Origin: Myxococcota bacterium
Lineage (GTDB): Bacteria > Myxococcota_A > UBA796 > CAJQPC01
Assembly (NCBI GenBank): GCA_036229005.1
Contig: JAZAMN010000048.1
Coordinates: 1 to 64,000 of the forward strand
Length of the DNA: 64,000 nucleotides
Direction: 5' to 3'
The notes under the pieces were generated by a model. It had not been told where the DNA came from, searched no databases, and saw nothing but the letters and a program-made list of their open reading frames with translations. The position numbers and the translations under genes are program-made. Positions 52,901 through 62,108 of the stretch are shown piece by piece. The stretch's first letter is position 1. The number at the start of each line of letters is the position of its first letter.

Positions 52901-54593
52901 GCTTCTCCTCCAGCTCGGGGGCCACGTTCTCCTGGAGGCCGGGGCCGTGGACGTTCAGGATGTAGTCCCGCCAGTCGATGGTCTCGGGCTTCCAGGGGAT
53001 CAGCGCCTGCTCATCCTGGGTGCAGCGGGCCAGGGCCGCGCGCGTGTTCTGGCAGGAGAAGCGGTAGCTGTGGGTGGCCGTGAAGGGCACGAAGATGTCC
53101 AGGATGCGGCCCTGGATGTTCATGCTCTTGGAGAAGCCAGCGAGCTGCTTGGAGGCGGGCTTGGTGAGGGGGGCCAGGGGCCCGCCGAAGCGCTTGAGCA
53201 GGTCGCTGGCGCTCTTGGCGACCTTGGAGATGGGCTCGGGGCCGATGCTCCGGTAGCGGTCCACGGTCGTGGGGTGGGCCTCGAGGCGGGCCTCGATCTG
53301 CCCCATCAGGGGGTTGTCCGAGTGCTCCAGCTTCCACTGGCGCTTGTGCAGGCCCACCAGCTCGATGAGCCGGTACATCCCCAGGGGGGAGGAGTCCGAG
53401 CTGCCGTACTGGTAGACCACCTCGTGGGTGCCCTCGCAGAGCTCGGCCAGGGACAGCACCATTCCCGCGGCGACCATGTCCACCGGGATGATGTCCAGCA
53501 CGGATTCCTTGTTGGCCGGCACGCCGATGGGCGACTTCATGGCCAGCAGGATCAGGGGCGCGGAGGTGTTGATGCCCTCGCACCAGCCCACCCGGGGGAA
53601 CTCCACGGCGGACTCGATGACCGCGGGCCGGACGATGCAGAACTCCAGGCCCGCGTGGCAGAGGAGCTGCTCGCCGATGGACTTGGTGTAGGTGTAGGTG
53701 TTGTGCCAGCCCCAGAACTTGGCGCGCTCCATGCCGTCATCGCGCAGCCGGTTGTCGATGAAGCGCCGGCGCACCTTCTCCAGCTCACCCTTGAGCACGG
53801 AGCCGCGGGTGGGTTCGCCCTTCTTCTTGAGGTTGGCCTTGGCCTGGTCCAGGAAGTCGGACTGCCGGAAGGCGTCGTTGGCGCGGTGCCGCACGTGCTC
53901 GACCATGTCGACGCACTCGGCAATCTCGCGGGCCGGGTCCCAGTGGGAGGGGTCCAGCTCGTCGGCCTTGGGGAAGGGGTAGATCTTTGGGTCCACCTCG
54001 TCCACCTGGCCGGTGCGGTCGCCGGCCACGTAGCAGGTGGAGGTGTGCATCATCTTGCAGCCCGGACCCAGGTCCTTGCACAGCGCGATGAGGTTCTGCA
54101 TGCCGAAGGCGTTGGCGTTCAGCGCGTAGTCCAGCGGGGGCGTGAAGTCGACGATGCCGGCCACGTTGACCAGCACGTCGATCTTGCCGCGGATCTGGTC
54201 CCGGATCTCCTGGGGGACGCCCGCGAAGTCCTCGCTCACGTCGCCCGGGATGGGGGTGATCTTCTGCTTGAGGAAGTCGTCGTAGCCGTCACCGTGGGTG
54301 TCCCGCAGCGGGTCGAAGACCTCGGAGCTGGCCACCTGCTCCCAGAAGCGGTCGTGGGAGCTCAGCTTGATGCTGCCGTCCTTGCGCTTGCGCTGACGGA
54401 CCACCATGTAGATGTGCTCGACCTCGGGGAAGCGGTCCAGCAGCAGGCACAGCCAGACCTTGCCCAAGAAGCCGGTGCCGCCCATCACGAACAGGGTCTT
54501 GCCCGTGAGCTGCTCGCGCACGGACAGAGGGCCCTTGACCCGCCCGGAGAAGGGCAGGAGCTGGGGGGTGTCAGGGGTGCCAACGCTGGACAT
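49899..54593 (-). CDS. elbD: ElbD-like multidomain ether-lipid enzyme: fatty acyl reductase - acyl-CoA synthetase - ACP - acyltransferase - SCP2-like
   Basis: GGTGFLGK and YTYTK (FAR), YTSGTTGVPKG (ACS), FDSL (ACP), NHCSHLD and FPEGTR (AGPAT). Confidence 0.88.
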   Translation of the reverse strand: MSSVGTPDTPQLLPFSGRVKGPLSVREQLTGKTLFVMGGTGFLGKVWLCLLLDRFPEVEHIYMVVRQRKRKDGSIKLSSHDRFWEQVASSEVFDPLRDTHGDGYDDFLKQKITPIPGDVSEDFAGVPQEIRDQIRGKIDVLVNVAGIVDFTPPLDYALNANAFGMQNLIALCKDLGPGCKMMHTSTCYVAGDRTGQVDEVDPKIYPFPKADELDPSHWDPAREIAECVDMVEHVRHRANDAFRQSDFLDQAKANLKKKGEPTRGSVLKGELEKVRRRFIDNRLRDDGMERAKFWGWHNTYTYTKSIGEQLLCHAGLEFCIVRPAVIESAVEFPRVGWCEGINTSAPLILLAMKSPIGVPANKESVLDIIPVDMVAAGMVLSLAELCEGTHEVVYQYGSSDSSPLGMYRLIELVGLHKRQWKLEHSDNPLMGQIEARLEAHPTTVDRYRSIGPEPISKVAKSASDLLKRFGGPLAPLTKPASKQLAGFSKSMNIQGRILDIFVPFTATHSYRFSCQNTRAALARCTQDEQALIPWKPETIDWRDYILNVHGPGLQENVAPELEEKLKKPLRALRAYDSLLDLQDEIAERHDLRPALLVTHEDGFQALSFAEFRNRSMAAARRLIDSGVKPGDKVMLSADNHPDWAVSFFGILRAGAIAVPVEAGMAPLPAANIQQASGAVLAILDETSREAFAEVLSIPVQDIHALCEDGAIDGLPELGFTKDDLASILYTSGTTGVPKGVMLSHGNFTELIGSLAATFPLKDSDRLLSVLPMHHTFEFTCGLLLPLSRGARVYYLDELTGERLTYGLKEGKVTAMVGVPALWQLLERRIRGQVSEKGKVFETAFDASLELNRIIGKQTGLDLGRVMFGQVHDRLGGNIRFLISGAAALPKQTQELFQGLGLHLAEGYGLTEAAPVLTVAKGKPGAKAGHVGKPVPGVEVKILNPDKDGIGEIVARGPNVMQGYFNNEEATGQAIQDGWLHTGDLGKIDHRGNLSIMGRAKEVVVTASGENIYLDDVENTLGPDHDYVKEYGLVGIPDPRGGERLGMLAVADLESHKDLDRATVHAKAKESLQKAIKELPGNQRPAVIHLVDADLPRTKTRKVQRKEVKKVLEKIQAATITVRKGESLAGPVAEAIASVAGVSPDKVTTTTHMVEELAFDSLMWVELASALDAMGAGSVDADDLQHAETVADVLRMAKAPRTTVEIEEDVREKVELPDVVAEPLKAGLGFLQRELYQTALNCKIYGRAYIPQNRQTIVVSNHCSHLDMGLVKYALGQYGYKLVALAAQDYFFEGNKYVVAYFERLTNLQPIDRKRGFRASLRQAIDVVRAGNVVLLFPEGTRRTDGTIGEFRPLVGWLSMETNVDILPMHLDGTFDAMPKGAVLPRGRDLSVRIGPALEVREVKRLTKGMKPAMAARHAARLSQRAVEALRDGDVLDLRQLEPQDLEDLGQKRVNPVEEAFGGLAARLIADRVKKPVSWYFSLGGKEGARYHVIVNDEGATVAKGKPPGGAADCVVKTSEEMMRKILVDGYTPEPPEFFSGAIKTNDIPLLIELSRVFGLTEVQA

Positions 54594-54596
54594 GGA

Positions 54597-56198
54597 TCAG
54601 CCCTCCTCGGCGGGGCTCACATCGGCCATCAGCATGGGGGCGATGCGGAAGCAGGTGATGGAGGGATCGGAGCCGTGCTCCTCCCGGGCCATGCGCAGGG
54701 CCTCCTCCATCGTGGGGGCGGTCTCGTAGCCCAGGATGCCGGGCACGTACTCGTTGTCGGCGCCGACCACGATGACGCGGCCGTAGTGCTGCCGACCGTT
54801 CTCGCCCCAGTACCACATGTAGAAGGGGTGAGCGGGGTGGTAGGCGTGGCCCGAGCGGTACATCTGGATGTACCCGGGGTGCTTGACGTACTCGCCCTCG
54901 TACTTCTTGTGGAGCTGCATCGCGTCGCGGGTCCGCGGCAGGATCTTGTGGAAGAACTCGGTGTACGCGGGGTGCTGCTCGCGGTCGAAGATGTCCGAGC
55001 AGGGGTGCAGCACGATGCAGGTGCCGCCCTTCTTGACCAGGGGCACGCCCTTGTAGAGGTTGAAGAGGTAGCCCTGCGCCATGACCGCCACGAGCAGCGG
55101 GTTCAGGAAGGCGTTGACGTTGTAGGGGCTGATGTAGGGCACCGGGAAGATGCCGATGTCCGCCTGGCCCTCGATCGGCACCAGGAGCTGCTCGTAGCAC
55201 TTCTCCAGGCAGGCATCGTGCACGGGGGTGCAGGCGCCGGCCCAGACACCGATGACGCCGTAGGGCGCGGGCACCTTCTCGAAGATGGCCTGACGGGCGG
55301 GCTGCGGCAGCCACTCCAGGGAGCGGATCAGCGCCTTGAGGGCCCGGGACTCGTTCGCGCTCAGCTCGTCCTCGTTCTTGGACAGGAACTCGAGCGGTGT
55401 GTCGAACATCCGGTTGTTGACGGTGGACTCGATATGGAAAACGTTGACCTTCTCCTCGATCAGCTTCCCCACCTCGGTGAGCTTGTCCGAGAGCGCGGAG
55501 GCCTCGGGGACCATGTAGGTCTTGGAGGCCCGGATGGTGGCCGGGTTGTGGTGCTTCTTGAGGGTGGTGTAGCCCACGAGCCCCGTCGCCAGGGACTTGT
55601 ACCCGCCGTTCATGGGGACGAAGGTCAGGTTGCAGTAGACGACCAGGTCGGACTCGGCCGCGCGGCGGTTGATCTCGACGTCGATGCCGGCCTCGGTGGT
55701 GCCCAGGTACTTGAGCCCACCGGGCTTCTCGGCGTCGTGGTTGTAGAGCCGGTCCGGGTAGTAGCGGTCCACGATCTCATCGCCGAGCTGATGCCGGATC
55801 TCCTTCTCGGTCATGGGCCGGTGGAAGGCGGTCGCGATGATGAGGTGGATGTCGGTGATCCCGTAGTCCCGCAGCAGCTCCAGCACGACCTCGACCTGGT
55901 GCTGACGCACGTCGGGGCGCTTCATGGGGGGCAGAGGCATGGAGAGGTCATCGATGGCGATGGTGACCTTCATGCCGGGGCGCAGCATGGCGTAGAGCGG
56001 CTCGCTGCCCAGGGGATGGTTGATGGCGTAGCGCACCGCCGCCTTGACGTCGTTCAGGGGCGTCATGGGGGGCTTGGGGTACATCACCCGGGAGCCCACC
56101 GGCAGGTTGTACTCCTTGATCCGCGTGCCGTGGAAGAGGGCGCGGGGCTTGGAGCGGTGGTCGATGGTGACGACGCAGGGGTGCGGGGTCTTGGCCAT
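54597..56198 (-). CDS. Lactate-racemase-like (LarA/DUF2088) protein of the elb cluster
   Basis: IAIDD, ATAFHRPM, NHDAE and GGYKS motifs; directly upstream of elbD. Confidence 0.78.
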   Translation of the reverse strand: MAKTPHPCVVTIDHRSKPRALFHGTRIKEYNLPVGSRVMYPKPPMTPLNDVKAAVRYAINHPLGSEPLYAMLRPGMKVTIAIDDLSMPLPPMKRPDVRQHQVEVVLELLRDYGITDIHLIIATAFHRPMTEKEIRHQLGDEIVDRYYPDRLYNHDAEKPGGLKYLGTTEAGIDVEINRRAAESDLVVYCNLTFVPMNGGYKSLATGLVGYTTLKKHHNPATIRASKTYMVPEASALSDKLTEVGKLIEEKVNVFHIESTVNNRMFDTPLEFLSKNEDELSANESRALKALIRSLEWLPQPARQAIFEKVPAPYGVIGVWAGACTPVHDACLEKCYEQLLVPIEGQADIGIFPVPYISPYNVNAFLNPLLVAVMAQGYLFNLYKGVPLVKKGGTCIVLHPCSDIFDREQHPAYTEFFHKILPRTRDAMQLHKKYEGEYVKHPGYIQMYRSGHAYHPAHPFYMWYWGENGRQHYGRVIVVGADNEYVPGILGYETAPTMEEALRMAREEHGSDPSITCFRIAPMLMADVSPAEEG

Positions 56199-56233
56199 GG
56201 TGGGTGCTTCCGGTCTCAGAAGGGGGGGCGCGG

Positions 56234-56938
56234 TCAGTCGCGGATGATGTCGACGCGGGAGGGAGTCTCGATGTCCAGGACGGGCCAGTCGTAGGCCACG
56301 GCCAGGCGCCGGAGCTTGGGGTCCGGGTTGATGCAGTGGGGGTGGCCCACCACCGAGAGCATCGGGACGTCCGAGTAGGAGTCCGAGTAGGCGTGCGAGG
56401 TGCTCAGGTCGTGGCCGTGCTTCTTGGCGTCCGCGACCATCAGGCGGGCCTTGGTGGGGCCAGCGACCACGGGCCGCAGGAGCTTGCCGGTGGCGATGCC
56501 ATCCTTGAACTCCAGGCGGTTGGTCAGGATGTCGTCTGGGTTGACGCCCAGCTCCCGCGCCAGCGGCCGGATGGTGAAGTCCAGCGAGCCCGTGATCAGG
56601 ACAACGCGGAGCCCGGCGTCCTTGCACTTCTGGATGAGGTCGCGCGTGCCCGGGAAGATGCGGGGAGCGACGGTCTTGTCGTAGGCCTCCTCCGCCAGCA
56701 CGTGCATGCGGTCCTCGGTCATCCCGCGGAAGTTGTGGAAGAGGAGCTCGTTGAAGAGCCGCCGGTCACGAAGCTCCGCCAAGGCCATCTGCGGGCCGTT
56801 CAAGAGGGCTTGGCCGATACGGCGAGCCGACTTGAGGGGCGAGGCCTGGTTGGCGAGGAACCACACCGTGGGGTGGATGAGGTTGGTGCCTACCAGGGTG
56901 CCGTCTACGTCGAAGTACGCAGCGCTGCTCACGTCCAT
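56234..56938 (-). CDS. HAD-IB family hydrolase (elb cluster)
   Basis: FDVDGTL, ITGS, AYSDSYSD and INPD motifs. Confidence 0.9.
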   Translation of the reverse strand: MDVSSAAYFDVDGTLVGTNLIHPTVWFLANQASPLKSARRIGQALLNGPQMALAELRDRRLFNELLFHNFRGMTEDRMHVLAEEAYDKTVAPRIFPGTRDLIQKCKDAGLRVVLITGSLDFTIRPLARELGVNPDDILTNRLEFKDGIATGKLLRPVVAGPTKARLMVADAKKHGHDLSTSHAYSDSYSDVPMLSVVGHPHCINPDPKLRRLAVAYDWPVLDIETPSRVDIIRD

Positions 56939-57184
56939 GCCTCCTGGGCTGACGGGCGCAGGTAATGGTTTGACGATGGCCCTGCCACCCCCCTGGGATC
57001 GGTGCGAATCTGCCTTCGCAGCGCGTCCATCGCTGCGCAGTTGACCCCCGGTCAGCTATCCGAGCCCCGCGCGAACGCAGCGCCACGCCCTTGGACCCAG
57101 GCGCCGCCCCGGCTCGTCCTCCCGCCGGCGCCCCCCGGCCAGAGCCCCCGCGGGCCCGCTTTGTCACGGATTAGCCACCGAGCG

Positions 57185-57871
57185 CTACTCGGGACCGACG
57201 GCCTTCTGCAGCGGGAGTCGGTAGCCGGCCTGGTAGCCCGCGGCGTCCCAGGAGTAGCCGAAGGGCACCTCGCGCTTGAGGCTGTGTCCGTGGGCCTGCA
57301 TCCAGGCGTAGAGGCCGCGCCGGGACTGCCGGACCAGGGCGGTGGACAAGCCCACCCCTTCCTCGTCGCGGAGCTCAGCGAGCCGGAGCTCGAGGGCCAA
57401 CAGAGCGGACATGGTGAAGTCGTTGGCTCTGCGGGCCAGCTCCACCTCTCCCTCCCCCTGGTGGCTCCCCAGCAGCAGCGCGCGCTCCAAGGTCATCGTC
57501 CGGGACAGCACCATGAACAGGTGCTCGGCGACCTGCACGTTCGAGCGGCGGCCGTAGAGGCTCCCCCTCCCCTGCCCGCTCCGGTACGCCCCCACACACT
57601 CGCAGTGCCGCGAGACCAGGGTCAGCAGGCGGCAGCGCCACATCCGGGGGCCCCCGAGCAGGATCTCCTGGCGGACGAAGGGGTCGGCGGCGTCCAGGGC
57701 CTCCCGGTCCAGGCCAGCGAGGTTCAGGCTCTGCTCCCGGAGGAGCTGTCGGGCGAAGCGCGCGGCGGCCTCCCCCTCCGGCGTCCCCTGTTGATCCCGC
57801 GCCAGGGCGAAGAGCTTGCGCGCCCGCTCCTGGTGCCGCTGGGGGTCCACTGCGCGCTGGGTCATCCACAC
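57185..57871 (-). CDS. DUF2786-domain protein
   Basis: RKLFALA...EGEAAARFARQLL N-terminus and GYQAG C-terminus. Confidence 0.65.
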   Translation of the reverse strand: MWMTQRAVDPQRHQERARKLFALARDQQGTPEGEAAARFARQLLREQSLNLAGLDREALDAADPFVRQEILLGGPRMWRCRLLTLVSRHCECVGAYRSGQGRGSLYGRRSNVQVAEHLFMVLSRTMTLERALLLGSHQGEGEVELARRANDFTMSALLALELRLAELRDEEGVGLSTALVRQSRRGLYAWMQAHGHSLKREVPFGYSWDAAGYQAGYRLPLQKAVGPE

Positions 57872-57971
57872 CTCCGAGGCTGGCTCACGGCCTCCCCCCT
57901 GAGAGTGCCTCGCGCGCGCCCGGGTTCGTCAGGAAGGTGCCAAGGAACCCCGGCTGCAATAGCTGGCAGCC

Positions 57972-58340
57972 ATGCTCGCCTTCTTCAAGCGCCTCCGTGA
58001 CCGCCTCAAGCAGCTCTTTGACGACTACGGCTACGTCGCGCTGTCGATCTACTGGGCCATCTTCTTTGGCTCCATCGGGCTGTTCTACCTGGCCATCAGC
58101 CGCGGCGTGGACGTGCCCGCCCTGTTCGCCCGCGTGGGACTGGACGGCTCCGAGCTCGCCGAGAAGGCCGGCACCGTCACGGTCGCCTACGCCGCCACCA
58201 AGGTGATCCAGCCCTTCCGGATCCTGCTCACCCTGGCCCTGGTGCCCCCCATCGGGAACTGGTGGAAGAGGCGAAAGGGCGCTGAGCTGCCCGACAACGC
58301 TGCGCCCACCTCCCCCACCGAGCCCCCCTCCTCCACCTGA
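57972..58340 (+). CDS. DUF1279/FAM210-like membrane protein
   Basis: LKQLFDDYG and AYAATKVIQPFRILLT motifs. Confidence 0.75.
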   Translation: MLAFFKRLRDRLKQLFDDYGYVALSIYWAIFFGSIGLFYLAISRGVDVPALFARVGLDGSELAEKAGTVTVAYAATKVIQPFRILLTLALVPPIGNWWKRRKGAELPDNAAPTSPTEPPSST

Positions 58341-58378
58341 CGGAGATCTGTAGTTCGGCGAGGTCACCGGCAGGCGGA

Positions 58379-58407
58379 TTGACGCTGAAAAGGACTATCA
58401 TTAGTAA
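58379..58407 (+). promoter_or_regulatory. Sigma70 promoter overlapped by a Fur-like box
   Basis: TTGACG - 17 nt - TAGTAA. TGAAAAG-G-ACTATCA (58386-58400) resembles the 7-1-7 TGATAAT-N-ATTATCA box. Confidence 0.55.
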
Positions 58408-58429
58408 CAGGGCCTCCAAGGCACGGCCC

Positions 58430-60736
58430 ATGCTCCCTGTCCTCGCGCTGCTCCTCCAGTCCTCGCCCGTGTGGGCCCAAGCCCCCTCCCCCCCGGTGGG
58501 AGCGCAGGACTCCAAGCCTGGCGAGCCCGACCTCGGCGAGGTGGACACAGAAGACTCGGACACCGAGGATTCGGAGGCCTCGGATCAGGAGCCTGCAGAT
58601 CAAGACACCGCGCTGGATCTCGACGAGCCCGGCCTCCGCATGATCGTGCGGGGGGAGCGCGGGACGCCCCGGGTGGCTGGCTCGGCCCAGTCCCTGAGCG
58701 AGGAGGACCTGGAGCTCTTCGAGTACGACGACATCACCCGCGTGCTCAACGCGCAGGTGCCCGGCGTCAGCACGCGCACCGAGGACGGCTACGGCCTGCG
58801 CCCCAACATCGGCATCCGCGGGGTCAACTCCGAGCGCAGCTCCAAGGTGTCCCTGATGGAGGACGGCGTGCTGCTCGCGCCGGGCCCTTACGCCGCGCCG
58901 GCGGCCTACTACTTCCCCATGAGCACGCGCATGGTGGGCATGGAGGTCTTCAAGGGCCCCGCCGCCGTGCGCTACGGACCGAACACCGTGGGCGGCGCGC
59001 TGAACCTCATCACCCGGCCGGTGCCCACGGACGGCTTCGACGGCCAGCTCGACCTGGCGGGCGGGCTCTACCAGACCGGCAAGGTCCACGCCTGGGCCGG
59101 CTACGGAGGCGAGCGCTGGGGTGTCCTGGGCGAGGTGGCCCACCTCCAGAGCGGCGGCTTCAAGGAGCTGGACAACGGGGGCCCGACGGGCTTCTCCCAC
59201 ACCGAGGCCATGGCCAAGGTGGCCTTCCGCCCCGACCCCAAGCAGCAGTGGCAGCTCAAGCTGGGCTACACCCACGAGACCAGCTTCGAGACCTACACGG
59301 GGCTGAACGCGGCGGACTTCGCGGAGACGCCCTACCGGCGCTACCTGGCGACGGCCAACGACCGCATGGACTTCCAGCGGGGTCAGGCCGAGCTCTCCCA
59401 CAGCCTGCGGCGGGGCCAGTGGGAGCTGCGCAGCGTCGCGGCCGTCCACGCCCTGGACCGGAGCTGGGGCAAGCTCAACGGCTTCGAAGACGGGCCCACC
59501 TTCTACGACGTGCTCAAGGCCCCCGAGGGCGACGACGAGTACGGCGTCTACATGGACGTGCTGCGCGGCGACGCGGACAGCGGGGACCTGGTGCTGGAGT
59601 ACGGCACGCGGGACCGCCAGTACCTGAGCTCCAGCGTCCAGAGCACCGCCCGGTGGAGCACGCACGGCGAGCACCTCTCCCAGCAGCTTGAGCTGGGGGC
59701 GCGCGTGCACGTGGACCAGGTCTGGCGCACCCACACCGCGGACTTCATGGGCGTGGAGGGCGGCGCGCTGGTGGACCTGGACCGCGAGACCCGACTGGAT
59801 CAGGACAGCTACGCCCAGGCCCGCGCCCTGTCGGTGTACGCCACGGACGACCTGCGCTTTGGGCGCCTGCACGTGCTCCCCGGCCTGCGCCTGGAGGCCA
59901 TCCAGAGCTTCAAGCACGAGCTGACGGAGGCCCGGCCGGATCCCGTGCTGCGGGTCACTCCCCTCCCCGGTCTGGCCGTGCTCCACGAGCACAACAGTTG
60001 GTGGAGCAGCTTCGCGGGCGTGCACCGCGGCTTCACCCCGGTGGCCCCGGGCCAGGAGGCCGAGGTCGACCCGGAGGTGAGCTGGAACTACGAGGCCGGC
60101 GTGCGCTTTCACCAGGGGCCCACCCAGCTCGAGGTGGTGGGCTTCTTCAACGACTACAGCAACCTGACGGGGCAGTGCAGCGTCAGCGGCGGCTGCGTGG
60201 GCGAGCAGGTGGACCTGCAGTACAACGGCGGCGCGGTGTTCGTGGAGGGCGGCGAGCTGGCGGCTCGACACACCATCTTCCTGCCCGCCCAGGTTCAGCT
60301 CCCGGTGGAGGCGACCTACACCTTCACCCACACGCGCTTCCGCACGGCCTTCGTCTCCGAGTTCCCCCAGTTCGGCAGCGTCCAGATCGGCGACTCCCTG
60401 CCCTACCTGCCGCGACACCAGGCAAGCGCCCGGGTGGGCCTGCAGCGGGAGCGGCTGCACCTGGCGGCGGGGGTGATGTACCGCGGGGCGATGCTGGACG
60501 AGGCCGGGGCCTGGCCGCCCAGCGACAGCGCGGATGTGCCTGCGCAGGTCCTCGTCGATGCCACGATCCACGTGCAGGCGAGCGAGCGGCTGGAGGTCTA
60601 TGCGGTGGGGACGAACCTGCTGAACGACCAGAGCCACACCTCCTGGAGACCGGTGGGGCTGAGGCCGTCCGCGCCCAGGCAGGTCATGCTGGGCGTCAAG
60701 GTCACGCCGGGGAGCCCCGCCACAAGCACGGATTGA
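58430..60736 (+). CDS. TonB-dependent receptor (FecA-like)
   Basis: EDGYGLRPNIGIRG, MEDG, EVFKGP and YGPNTVGGALNLIT plug motifs; NLLN...PR C-terminus. Confidence 0.92.
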   Translation: MLPVLALLLQSSPVWAQAPSPPVGAQDSKPGEPDLGEVDTEDSDTEDSEASDQEPADQDTALDLDEPGLRMIVRGERGTPRVAGSAQSLSEEDLELFEYDDITRVLNAQVPGVSTRTEDGYGLRPNIGIRGVNSERSSKVSLMEDGVLLAPGPYAAPAAYYFPMSTRMVGMEVFKGPAAVRYGPNTVGGALNLITRPVPTDGFDGQLDLAGGLYQTGKVHAWAGYGGERWGVLGEVAHLQSGGFKELDNGGPTGFSHTEAMAKVAFRPDPKQQWQLKLGYTHETSFETYTGLNAADFAETPYRRYLATANDRMDFQRGQAELSHSLRRGQWELRSVAAVHALDRSWGKLNGFEDGPTFYDVLKAPEGDDEYGVYMDVLRGDADSGDLVLEYGTRDRQYLSSSVQSTARWSTHGEHLSQQLELGARVHVDQVWRTHTADFMGVEGGALVDLDRETRLDQDSYAQARALSVYATDDLRFGRLHVLPGLRLEAIQSFKHELTEARPDPVLRVTPLPGLAVLHEHNSWWSSFAGVHRGFTPVAPGQEAEVDPEVSWNYEAGVRFHQGPTQLEVVGFFNDYSNLTGQCSVSGGCVGEQVDLQYNGGAVFVEGGELAARHTIFLPAQVQLPVEATYTFTHTRFRTAFVSEFPQFGSVQIGDSLPYLPRHQASARVGLQRERLHLAAGVMYRGAMLDEAGAWPPSDSADVPAQVLVDATIHVQASERLEVYAVGTNLLNDQSHTSWRPVGLRPSAPRQVMLGVKVTPGSPATSTD

Positions 60737-60794
60737 ACTTGGTTCAGGAGAACGCAAGGGTTAAGGTCGACGGCGGACCAGCCAGAGACCCAAA

Positions 60795-62108
60795 ATGCCC
60801 CAGACACGCCTCCAGCGGCCGGCAACCGGCACCGAGACCACCAGCACCGGCACCGAGACCACCGAGCTCGGCACCGACAACAGCGCGCTGCAGATCGCCA
60901 CGTACACCGTGGTCTCTGGCGACAGCCTCTGGAAGATCGCGCAGCGGCTGCTGGGCAACGGCAACCGCTACATGGAGATCTACGAGGCCAACCGGGACTC
61001 CCTGAGCAGCCCCGGGTCCATCCGCGTGGGACAGGTCCTGCAGATCCCCGGCGCGACCCCGGCGGTCGAGGAGACCCCCACCCGCGAGGAGGAGGTCGAG
61101 TCCGGGATCGAGGCCGGCAGCGACGCCAACGAGGCGGTGCTCAGCGGGCAGGACCCCACCAGCTCCGTCCAGGAGACGCCCCCCGACAACCTGACGGAGT
61201 TCCGCGCGGGCTCAGCGGGGACCGAGGGCATCACCTTGGCGGCGGGCGCCTGGCTGACCCTGACCACGGACCACATGTCCGGCGGTGCGTACCAGGTCTG
61301 GGAGAACGTGGCCAAGGACCACGGCATGTCCGAGAAGCACCTGGTGGCCTTCAACCAGCACGTCGAGAGCGTGTCGGTGGGCGGCGACCAGGAGACCGGA
61401 GAGGTCGTGACCCCCGACCTCGCCGTGGGCGTGCGCATCTACATCCCCTCTGCGGCTGAGATCCTGCTGGCCCAGTGCCGGGAGCGTACCCAGTCGCTGA
61501 ACGAGGCGACCGCGCTCTACACGGAGCTGTCGGGCACCCACAACCTGTCCATGCTGACCACCGCGCGCGAGCGGGCCAGCGGGACCGTCGGCGTGGGCTA
61601 CGGCACCTCGGGTGACGGGGGCGTGTTCTACAGCCAGAACCCCGAGCTGGCCGGCGCAAGCAGCCGCCGCACCAGCGAGATCAACGGCCAGACCGAGTAC
61701 CGGGTCAACTGGGGCGCCGACTTCTGGAAGTGCAGCGTGTTCCTGAACGACGTGGCCTTCTCGTCGGGCTACCGGCCGGACATGACCGACAACAACCACT
61801 ACCGGTTGGCCGGGCAGCTCCACCAGTCCAACGAGTGGGAAGAGGTCTCCGTGAAGGACGCGCGACCGGGCGACGGCTGGCAGCGCTTTGGCGGCACCCG
61901 CTCCAACGAGAGCCACAACGCGGTGCTCTCCAGCTTCGTGACGGTGAACCCCGTCAGCGACACCCACGAAGAGTGGGAGTTCTCCATCATCGGCGCGGAG
62001 TCGGAGCGGGCCGCTGAGTCCGACCGCTCGCACACGATGCTCAAGGGCACCAACGAGAACACCCAGGGCAAGAAGATCCGCTTCTTCCGCCCCAAGTACA
62101 GCCGATGA
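60795..62108 (+). CDS. LysM-domain protein with a possible Cys-His hydrolase C-terminus
   Basis: YTVVSGDSLWKIAQRLLG...IRVGQVLQIP; C-terminal WKCSVFL and SHNAV. Confidence 0.75.
   Translation: MPQTRLQRPATGTETTSTGTETTELGTDNSALQIATYTVVSGDSLWKIAQRLLGNGNRYMEIYEANRDSLSSPGSIRVGQVLQIPGATPAVEETPTREEEVESGIEAGSDANEAVLSGQDPTSSVQETPPDNLTEFRAGSAGTEGITLAAGAWLTLTTDHMSGGAYQVWENVAKDHGMSEKHLVAFNQHVESVSVGGDQETGEVVTPDLAVGVRIYIPSAAEILLAQCRERTQSLNEATALYTELSGTHNLSMLTTARERASGTVGVGYGTSGDGGVFYSQNPELAGASSRRTSEINGQTEYRVNWGADFWKCSVFLNDVAFSSGYRPDMTDNNHYRLAGQLHQSNEWEEVSVKDARPGDGWQRFGGTRSNESHNAVLSSFVTVNPVSDTHEEWEFSIIGAESERAAESDRSHTMLKGTNENTQGKKIRFFRPKYSR

Noticed and set aside
50121..56294. 2057-aa plus-strand ORF
   Set aside because: Antisense shadow of elbD and the LarA-like gene caused by high-GC codon bias; no motifs.
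57003..57057. Three small hairpins upstream of the elb operon as a riboswitch
   Set aside because: Stems of 6-8 bp are expected by chance at this GC content, and no known aptamer motif is visible.
58419..58434. Sigma54-like AGGCACGGCCCATGCT
   Set aside because: It overlaps the likely start codon of the receptor, and a sigma70/Fur arrangement upstream explains the region better.
58364..60757. 797-aa minus-strand ORF
   Set aside because: Shadow of the TonB-dependent receptor.
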